Assembly (NCBI RefSeq): GCF_001194135.2
Contig: NC_068981.1
Span: forward strand, 70,923,059 to 70,966,315
Reading direction: 5' to 3'
Origin: Octopus bimaculoides
Taxonomy: Eukaryota
Length of the DNA stretch: 43,257 nt
A model generated the notes under the pieces. It did no database searches. It saw nothing but the letters and a program-made list of their open reading frames with translations, and had not been told where the DNA came from. Below are positions 34,429 through 43,257 of this stretch, in pieces (position 1 is the first letter of the stretch; every line of letters starts with the position of its first letter). The position numbers were made by a program, and so were the translations under genes.

Positions 34429-35185
34429 TGTCTCACGACCTTGGGAAAATAATTGGAATAATAATAATCTTTGGCTAAAACGGTTTCTTTAACGTTGCAT
34501 AATTATTTCGAGTCAGATTTTTAAAACTCTCAATATTAAATGTGTCATACACAGTAACCGTAAATAAAAAAAATTAAAAAAACTTCAATCCAATACAATC
34601 CAAACTTCCCATCTTAGAAGCATAGCTTCGGACATTATTTCTATTAACTTCCATATTTCTTATTTATATCGTATTATTTTACCACAGAAAGCATTGCTGG
34701 CAGCCGAATTAGATTCAGTGAAATGGTTATGAATATTTTATCTCTTCTTTCGATTTATCTATGTATATAGGGGGGGGGGGGTTAATATATTCTTCTTTGT
34801 AGTTTTATTCGATTATTAGTTTATCTTAGGGTCAATAATCATTTTTCTCCAATTTCCTACCAATTTGTTCAGGGACAGGACTTCAACCTGCCCTAAATTA
34901 TTTCAAGCGAGAAATAGAATTATATCTGACATAACCCGGCATGTGCAATATTACTCATAATAGGAATTGACATGTGAGCTTTCAGCTCATTCGCCCGTAA
35001 TTTTATATTGAGACACAATAGTGGTTTGTCAAATTTACATTTCAGTCTACAAAACAACTTTCGCATACTACTGACGTTGATTTGCGTTATCCGTCGGATG
35101 AGTTTCTGCTGAGACATCTACTAAAATGGTATTTGATGCTTTCCTTTTCGGAAATCTCTTTTGTCCTTATTAATAGTATTGCCAT

Positions 35186-35240
35186 TATCGTCGTCGTCGT
35201 CGTCATCATCATCATCATCATCATCATCTCAGTGATCATC
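35186..35240 (+). repeat. (TCG)(TCA) trinucleotide repeat
   Basis: Visible run. Confidence 0.9.
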
Positions 35241-35649
35241 ATTTTTATTATATCCGCCGTAGGAAACATTTCGATTGGGAATAAGAAAATGATTGCACGT
35301 CATATTTTTTTGTTTTGTTTATTTATTTATTTATTTATTTGTTTGTTTTAGTTTTCATAAATATGTCCAGCCACGTGAGACGTTTATCTCTATCATCAAA
35401 ATTCTATGTCGGAATCTCAGCTTGGAACTATTGTCAGCTAATAAATTCACTTATCATGACAGGAAGGGGGTTCTGACAAGCTCAATATACTATGCTGCCT
35501 TTATGATGCTTTATCTTATCATATATGAGAGCTGAATGTGATTTTCAAGGTGTACGTGTTATAGATTCCAGCACCACCATCTGGCTATTCAGCATAAGAA
35601 TTATTTTGGGTAGCAGACAGTTTTTTTATTGTCACTTTGTAGTTTGTAA

Positions 35650-37830
35650 TGTCATGAAAGATGTGCCACGTTCTCAATGGTAAGGCGCGATTGTAATATT
35701 TTTATATTTTATTGTCTTTCTTAGTTCAGTTTTACGTTTATATGCCAAGTGATTTGCACTAGTGTGGCTGTCATCAGCTTTTCGCATTCCTCTATCTCCA
35801 CTGCAGAAGTCCATTCTGTTTCCCCACCTGCTGCTCATCCCGAGCAATCGAACAAAGTGCTGCAGAAAAGTTGTACACATCTGCTTAAGGTCCAGTAGCT
35901 TACGCTTATCATAATTCGTCAAAAACCGAATAGTGACTGCCTTGCTACTTTACACTTCTATCACTCGGGCCCATTGATCGACTTTCGTTCCTTCGTATTT
36001 CCCACTGGCACTAAAGAGAAAGAGAAGGACGTTGCAAAGAAAAGCTCTACACACTTAAAGAAGTCTCGCCAACATGTTCCTGGTGGAGCTAGATGGCTAT
36101 TAGTATGAAGATAGATAAGGCCTTAGTTGCTAGTCACGTCCAGCACTTTTGACTTACCTTCTGGATTGATATTGCAGAATCGGACATTTCCTAAACAATG
36201 CATTGTCTCTGCCTCCGATTAGCAGCTGACACAGTAACGCATGCAGTTCGTACAAACGAAAATGGTCATGGAGGCTCATGCCTTGGAAATTCTGGTCTTG
36301 CTATCGGTCATTATATCTATATCTGATGAGTTGAGTTCGTTGAAGTAATTTGCTCTGCTTTCAAAGTGACCACTGTCCACTAGCATTCACACTGCCTATT
36401 CTATATGTCTGTATTAAGAGGAAAGTGAGAAGTCCTATTTTACTTTATTCTTGTGAAAGAACAATTGTTGCTCACTCTAGCAAGCTGCGGCTGTTTCCGT
36501 GTGTTTGTCGACGTTCACATACCCTTAGAAATTTCCTATTCTGTCAAGATATTTGTCTCTTAAAAAATTGTATATGCGTTTAGTGAGAAATCCAAAATGT
36601 GGAGAGACATATTTGGGGCATGGATAGAGTTGTGATCAGTAAATTTTATTGTTTTGGGACTTTCTGTTTTCATTGTTGTCGCTGCTGTCACTGATATGGT
36701 AGTCCACGAAGACAGTGCTTTTTTATTGTTTTTTTTTTGTTGTTGCTGTTGTTTCCACTGAGACTGTTCGTGCAGATGTTGTTGTAGGTGCTGTTTCAAT
36801 TCTTGCAGCTGATAATTCAAATATTGTTGCTGCGACTGCTGATAATCCAAACACTGATGGAAACAGTGTTGCTGGTGTTACCGTTCTGTTGATGTAGTTG
36901 CACCTGCTGGTGTTGCTAGCTTAAATCATGTTGACAGTAGTGGAGGTTTTCTTCAACTGTCACCTTCTGTTGTAGCAGCAGAAGGCCTTGAGATGATCGG
37001 TGTTACTACAATAGAAGTATCAACATCTTCTACTCAGCACGAATAACTAAATTCGCTATCTTCCTGGGATCTGTATTACGTCAGGGATTACATTCAGTGT
37101 CTCGGGTTTCACCTGGACTAGAAACTCCAGACATTCCCAACTTTACTTTTCATTTTAGAATCTTTGTATATCTGTAACAGCGCGCCAGAGTTTCCAACAC
37201 ATTTCACCACCCACCAGAAATCTTGTTCAGGTGTTATGTTTGCAATTATCACTTCCAGTCCAAGATCAGCTTGCATCAATGTAAATTTTTCACGGTGAAG
37301 TGTTTGCAGGCAAGGGTTTCCGAGCGAAAATTCACTCGTAAAAAAATCTTGGCCTGCACGTGTGACAAAGTCCATGTCTTGCCAATTAGTTGCAAGTTGA
37401 GATCAGCTGTATTTGACTCTTTAATGATACGCAGCTATCTACAATTGTTTACCTGTTCGCTGAAATATGTCCTTTAGTATAATGAGTATAACGTTCCATC
37501 CTTCTTAGTTGTTTGTTGATGTGCTTCTCAGCTTGTTCCAAGTGCTGATCTTTTTTTCCCATTAGAGTAAGTCTAATGTTTTAGCAATACCGACAAAAAG
37601 TGACATTTTGTCATGCTAGCATTGTTGCTGCTGTTGTTATCTTTGTTGTTCTTGTTGTTCTTGTTTGCTGTCTTCATTAATAAGTGCATGTACAGCGGCC
37701 GTGCCTTCATTGCTGTTGCTATAGACTCTCGCTTTTTTGATTAGTAGCGAAGGTAATGAATTCTTCTCACCTGCTTGTAATTTTGTAGCTTTACTGCTTA
37801 TACATAGTATTCTATTTGACATCGTCCCTA
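35650..37830 (-). mobile_element. L1/Tx1-like LINE 5' half: ORF1 (gag-like, CCHC knuckle, T/S-rich tail) plus APE endonuclease, decayed
   Basis: ORF1-like MDFVTRAGQ..EVIIANITPEQDFWWVV..VQVKPETLNVIPDVIQIP..YCSNTDHLKAFC; ORF2 start YRIGSVNASG..DIDIM..SKTR; INPEGK..VLDVT; LIAI(Y)APP..DFFK.VE.F..TS. Confidence 0.7.
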
Positions 37831-37900
37831 TCGCTCCTAGTGTTATTGTTGTTTTATTGTTGCTGTTACTGTTGTTTTTGTTGTTATTGTTCTTAATGGC
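37590..37900 (+). repeat. (TTG)/(TGC)-rich low-complexity tracts
   Basis: Visible degenerate trinucleotide runs. Confidence 0.75.
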
Positions 37901-38032
37901 GTGTTGATAGTGTAATAGCAGTTACATCTTCAAAATTACTTTAATAAGAAAAGAAAATAAACAACCCTACGGAAAGGAAAAGAATAAAGAATTACAGAGA
38001 TTCTAAAAGCACGTTCAGCTATGACAGTGATA

Positions 38033-38321
38033 TAATAATTCACTTCTGGAAACATGGGTGTTTCGTTCATCATCCTTAAATAACCCTTATTCAGGGATCT
38101 TTTGACCGGGATGGGATACACGTCCTGAAAAAAATTCTAACTGGGCCCAACCTGCAAGGTAATGCGCTATTTGGATATGAAATCACCATGTTGCGCATAT
38201 ATGGCTGTGATGCATGTGCCTGGTGTAACCGTATTAGGCAGGTAGTCATGACGGGTATACTGGACTTGATATATTTTACCACAGTGTCACTTTAATGGCA
38301 TTCCCTGCTCCCTCACCTGAC

Positions 38322-38390
<69 letters not shown>
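38033..38390 (+). mobile_element. Non-coding interspersed repeat family F with (AAT)23 tail, 5'-truncated
   Basis: Aligns with 41450-41800 (+) and 39721-39996 (-). Confidence 0.88.
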
Positions 38391-38391
<1 letters not shown>

Positions 38392-39580
38392 GCGCTAGAA
38401 TTCTGAAGCGGACAGAGGTGGAGTTAAAGGAATTGGACAGGAAGACAGGAAAGCTCCTAACGATGCAAGAAATCCATCATCCACGTGCAGATACTGATCG
38501 CTTATGTTCCAAGAGACCAAGAGGAAAGGGACTGAAAAGTGTGGAAGACTGTGTACATATCGAACTCGGGAGCTTAATGAGATACTTATCCCAAAGTAAG
38601 GAAACCTTATTGGTCTCAGTTAGGAATTAGGAAGTATTGTAAGTAGAGGAAAAGGGGAAAACAAAGGACGTACAAAAAGGACATGAAGAAGCATTACGCA
38701 AGAAGGGACTACACAATCAATTACATGTAGCCACAACAGAAGTGGCTGGAAAACATAGGTGGGATTGGCTGCAGAAAGGATCACTGAAAAAAGAGACTGA
38801 GAGCACTATACTGGTAGGACAAGGCCAAGCTTTGGCCACGAATTTGAGGTCAACCTTAGGAATGAGCAAGTGTCTCCACTGCGCCGCGTCTGTAATAGAT
38901 TGGACGAAACCATTGGCCATAACGCGAACGAATGCTTTAGACTTACCCAATACCATAACAAGTTGTAGCGACACGATGAGGTAGCGAACGTGCTACATGG
39001 GAAATCGGGAGACGTGGGGGCTAGAGAGAGAGAGAGAGAGAGAGAGGCAAGACGTAGTATGATCCCAAACCGCAGAGTGTGGTGGAGTCGGAGACCTGTA
39101 AAATCCTGTGGGATTTCCCAATCCAAATAGATCAGGTACTAGAGCATAACAGACTGGATCTAGCGATGATCCACAAGATGCACTATATGTGCTATATAGC
39201 TGATATTGCGTGTCTCTTTCAATCACGAATAGTCAAGACGGAAGGCGAAAAAATAGATATATACAATCTTCTTAAATACGAAATAGCCCGGCTATGGTAA
39301 ATGGAGAAGGTGAAGATAGTGCCAATTATTGTTGGGTCCTTGGGGACAGTATTAGAAGACATCAAGAGGAATATAATGGAAATCGGAATAGTGTGCAGTA
39401 GAAATGTTACAAAAGGTTTGCCTCCTTGGCACGGCCAGAATGATCAGGAAATTATAAGATAGTTGAAAAGAACAGATAGCATGGTACCGTAGGCTGCAGG
39501 TAGTAAGCCCACTACGCATGCAAGACTCCAGGAGTTACAACAAAACCTGAGATAAAAAGAACAAATCATAATAATGATGA
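38391..39580 (+). mobile_element. R4/Dong-clade LINE 3' part (RT thumb, CCHC remnant, REL endonuclease, 3' UTR), lineage 1
   Basis: ELKELDRKTGKLLTM..HHPRADTDRL; WDWLQKGSLKKETESTI..Q.QALATN; KILWDFPIQ.D..LEHNR.D...IADIAC...EKID.Y..LKYEIARLW; KVKIVPIIVGSLG; CLLGTAR; ends ATAATAATGATGA. Confidence 0.93.
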
Positions 39581-39704
39581 TTTCAAAGGTTGGCAGGAGG
39601 CCAGCAATTTCGGAGTGAGGGTAAGTCGATCACCTCGACCTCAGTCCTCAATTGGTACTTATTTTATCCACCCCGAATGGATAAAAGGCAAAATCGACCT
39701 CAGC
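39580..39704 (-). mobile_element. SINE family B, 5'-truncated
   Basis: GGCCAGCAATTT..GTAAGTCGAT..GGTACTTATTTTATC..AAAGGCAAA.TCGACCTC. Confidence 0.8.
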
Positions 39705-39720
39705 AAAAGAAGAAAGTATC

Positions 39721-39996
39721 ATTATTATTATTATTGTGTGAGAAAGCAGTGCATACCATCAAAGTGACACTGGGATAAAATATACGAAGCCCAATATACC
39801 CATCATGACTACCCGTTTGATAAGGGTACACCAGGCACATGCATCACAACCATATGTACGCNNNNNNNNNNTGATAAGGGTACACCAGGCACATGCATCA
39901 CAACCATATGTACGCGACATGGTGATCTCATATCATGATAAACAGCGCATGACCTCGCAGGTGGGGCCCAGTTAGAATTTTCTTCAGGTCGAGTAG
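39721..39996 (-). mobile_element. Repeat family F, 3' part with (AAT)n tail; contains 10-N gap 39862-39871
   Basis: Reverse complement of the family F 3' end. Confidence 0.88.
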
Positions 39997-40004
39997 AAGG
40001 GCCT

Positions 40005-40562
40005 ATTACATGCCTACTATTACTCTCGAAATGTTTAAATGGTGACATAAGAGATAATTGTTTGCGTTCCCGGAGGAGAAGTTGTTTCAGGATGTACAGA
40101 AGGGATGCAGAAAGAAATCAAGCAAAACTAATAGCTTAAGCAATATCGATCGCATGATACTAAGTGAAGTTTGGATGTGAAAGAACTTACCTGTTAGTTA
40201 GATAGACAAGAAAGTGCACCATAATGTGCTCACTGTTACCTTTGGAATTCCTTGTGACACTCTGGGTCAATGGCACGGTTAACAGTTTTGGGTTCTTTTT
40301 TTCTTTTTGGTAAACGGATAAGTTGATTCCTTCTGACGAGCTCACTGAGAAAATCCAGACCTGTTTATGAGGTTGCTAAGTACGGGAACAAAATAAATCA
40401 TCTGCTACATATGGATGACTTTAGATGGTACACTAAAAATATAAAAAGACTTAAAATCTCTCCTTCAGACAGTATTTCGCAAAGATACTGGTATGCAGTT
40501 TGGGGCGAATAAGAGTGCAATATGCGTTATAATGAGAGGTCGAAAAATGAAATCTGATGAGC
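40005..40562 (+). mobile_element. R4/Dong-clade RT fragment, decayed and internally deleted
   Basis: EEKLFQDVQKGCRKKS..IDRMIL..KNL; LIPLTSSLRKS..YEV.KYGNKINHLLHMDD; DTGMQFGANKSAICVIMRG. Confidence 0.8.
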
Positions 40563-41269
40563 TCTTACGATGTACTGCTAGTTTCATTGTTTTCATTGCG
40601 CTTTCACGACTGAAAACAGTTCCGGGCGAGAATAAGATTTCCCTATCTAAAGAGAATTACCTGACCATACAACTTTGTAACTTCATCTGTTTTTTTTTTG
40701 TTTTTTTTGCTTATTTCGTTGCAATAGCCTGCTTGTCTAGTTTTTTTTTTTTGCGTTTTGTGTGTCATGCGGGTCTTATTTTTTTTCTTTGTCGCTACTG
40801 CTTACAAATCCCTGAAGAGAAACGTAAAATAACTTTATTTTGATAAGAAATATTTAGACAGGCTCAGAATGTTTTGTAGTTTATTAAACAAGAAGAAAGA
40901 ACAGATTCCATAACATTGAATGTAAAAAAATTCTCCAGAATTTTCTGAAATGTCAGGGGCACCAAAACGCAACGTCATGATTGCTCGGTAGCGACTAACT
41001 TTCTCTCCTATATTTCCTCCTACAACGTCTCCAAGTTTGCTCAAACCGTAATCATCACATATTCATTACAATAAAATACGGTGCTACAACTGAAATAGAA
41101 CTTACCCGTCGTCTTCTATAATGATCGAGGATAAGGCGATCTACTCCATCATATCCATAGTTTTCCCCGACGCTAATTTTGGAAGGCATCTTCTGGAGCC
41201 GACTGCATGTGCAAAACTCAAGTTAAAGTGCTTTGGCAAGGCAAGTACAACTAATTACCACAGATCTGC

Positions 41270-41756
41270 TATGTTTTGTCTTGGTTTAAAATATGGGCTA
41301 CAGTAAATATTCTGCTCAATACCGCTCAATATCGCAGAATCAGTTGAGTATGTCTCTTAGTGGCTGACATAACGTACATCTTTGATCACGAGTAGGAATA
41401 GTGGAGAAGTATCATAGCCATGTGTTGAGTGAAATTCTTTGGAGTTTGAATAATTAACTTCTGGAAACACGGGTGTTTCGTTCCTCACTCTTAAACAATC
41501 ATTATTCAGGGAGCTTTCGATCGGGATGGGCTACTCGATCGGGATGGGTTACTCGATCAGAAGAAATCTCTAACTGAGCCCCACCTACAACGTCATGTGT
41601 TGTCTATCTTGATATGAGATAACAATGTAGTGCACATATGGTTGTGATGCATGTGCTTTGTGTACTCTTATAAGACGAGTAGTTATGACGGGTATATTGA
41701 GTTCTCTATATTTTTACCCCAGTGTCACTTTGAGGCAGTCGCTGCTCTCTCACTCA

Positions 41757-41800
<44 letters not shown>
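41270..41800 (+). mobile_element. Repeat family F, longest copy, (AAT)n tail; 18-bp tandem duplication at 41517-41552
   Basis: Aligns with 38033-38390; duplicated unit TCGATCGGGATGGG(C/T)TAC. Confidence 0.88.
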
Positions 41801-42247
<447 letters not shown>

Positions 42248-42949
42248 TAACAGAACTGGATGTGTATATAACTATTAAGGCAAAACAATCAACCACCTCT
42301 TATACATGGATGATCTAAAACAGTACGCTACAAATGATAAACAGCTGGAAACATTACTGTAGACAGTACATGGATTTACCAAAGAAATAGACATGAAATT
42401 TGGCTTAGAAAAATGTGCCAAAGCAACCTTGGCAAGAGGAAAACTAGTTAAGAGTACCAACATCACACTACATCAGTGGTTCCCAAACTTCTAAGGCCAC
42501 ATTTTTAGTGCCATCTCTCAACTCACCATCACAGACAGAGACCATTTTCTTCAGCAAATTCAAAGCAACAGTATTTCAGAAACAAAACTTAACCTAATTA
42601 ACCCTTTATTTTGTTTGTCTTTTCACATCCATTGCCCTGTTTTAGTCACCCCATTATTGCCCTATTTTTCTTCAATGCCCCAACCCCTGGAACTTTTCAC
42701 TAGCCCAAGGTGGCCGATACCGCCCCCTTTAAGAACCCCTGCAGTAGATACAGCAAATGACATAAGAGAATTAGACCAAAGCCAGACATATAAATACTTA
42801 GGAATCAATGAACTAGATACGATACAACACACTTAAATGAAAAAGAAAATTTAAAAAAGAATACTATAGACGAGTTAGATTAATACTGAAAACAAAGCTC
42901 AATGCGCAAAACAAGATAATAGGTATCAATATTTTAGCAGCACTTCAAT
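42248..42949 (+). mobile_element. R4/Dong-clade RT fragment interrupted by a MITE
   Basis: KTINHLLYMDDLKQYATND.QLE.LL.TV..FTKEIDMKFGLEKCAKATL.RGK; ITL|DTANDIRELDQSQTYKYLGINE; KEYYRRVRLILKTKLNAQNKIIGIN.LA. Confidence 0.92.
42474..42741 (+). mobile_element. hAT-Charlie-type MITE, 268 bp
   Basis: TIRs CAGTGGTTCCCAAA / TTTAAGAACCCCTG; 8-bp TSD CACTACAT / CAGTAGAT. Confidence 0.85.
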
Positions 42950-42989
42950 CAAGCTGTTCAGAATTATTGAACTCATTCGACAATTGTTT

Positions 42990-43257
42990 TGCTCTCCTTC
43001 ATGACAGAATGAAGCTTCTTACGTCTCTCGTGGTTGTAATGTACGAATTAGCTGATCGATTTCTCTTTCTGAAAATCCCAGTTTATCGAGTATGTATGTA
43101 TGTATGTATGTATGTATGTATGTATGTATGTATGTATGTATGTATGTATGGTTTCTAACATGTTTTTGGTCTTCGTTATGTAGTATAATTCCTTCTGAAA
43201 CCCTCTCTACATTAGTAAAGGGTCTCAACTTTCGTAACAATTTGGATGTATCCTTTC
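42990..43257 (-). mobile_element. Possible C-terminal fragment of an R4-clade LINE (lineage-2-like), split by (TATG)15
   Basis: KLLRKL.TLY ... (CLET)Y-LDKLGFSEREIDQLIRTLQ resembles the R4 C-terminal pattern L..LGF...EI..LIR.LQ; judged by eye. Confidence 0.45.
43091..43150 (+). repeat. (TATG)15 microsatellite
   Basis: Perfect run. Confidence 0.99.

Noticed and set aside
36156-36300. Host exon with strong minus-strand donor (AAG|GTAAGT)
   Set aside because: The sequence reads through as the APE domain of the L1/Tx1-like element (INPEGK..VLDVT), so the donor match is incidental.
36560-36897. Poly-Q or mucin-like host protein
   Set aside because: Low-complexity linker between ORF1 and ORF2 of the decayed LINE; reading frames are broken.
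39818-39915. 44-bp exact direct repeat flanking 10 N
   Set aside because: Identical sequence on both sides of a nominal gap is an unmerged contig overlap; assembly artefact.
40328-40358. Hammerhead (CTGACGA..GAAA)
   Set aside because: No valid stem II or III; the sequence is R4/Dong RT coding (LIPLTSSLRKS).

Overview
AT-rich eukaryotic (metazoan) non-genic or intronic DNA made almost entirely of transposon remnants and microsatellites. The repeat repertoire points to an octopod cephalopod (Octopus-like); this is inferred from recognised SINE types, not from a database search. No intact host protein-coding gene, tRNA or rRNA is supported, and most ORF-track entries are microsatellite translations or TE fragments. 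Contents: at least 6 SINE or SINE-like families that share modules, several with clear TSDs; non-LTR retrotransposon fragments (RTE, several R4/Dong-clade, an L1/Tx1-like 5' half, Penelope-like); and DNA transposons (three mariner DD34D loci, one maT/DD37D, a hAT Buster/Charlie-like transposase, two copies of a Charlie-type MITE). There are four assembly gaps. Best candidates: (1) a type-I hammerhead ribozyme with a complete catalytic core on the minus strand at 29116-29214, plus a second minimal hammerhead with one core mutation at 34385-34428, both probably Penelope-derived; (2) R4/Dong LINEs repeatedly abutting (AAT)n tracts, including the tails of a non-coding (AAT)-tailed repeat; (3) two different SINEs inserted at one site, leaving a triplicated TSD; (4) a ~240-bp foldback palindrome; (5) a perfect NRF1-type palindrome in a CpG-richer patch. 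TE boundaries are approximate and were read by eye.
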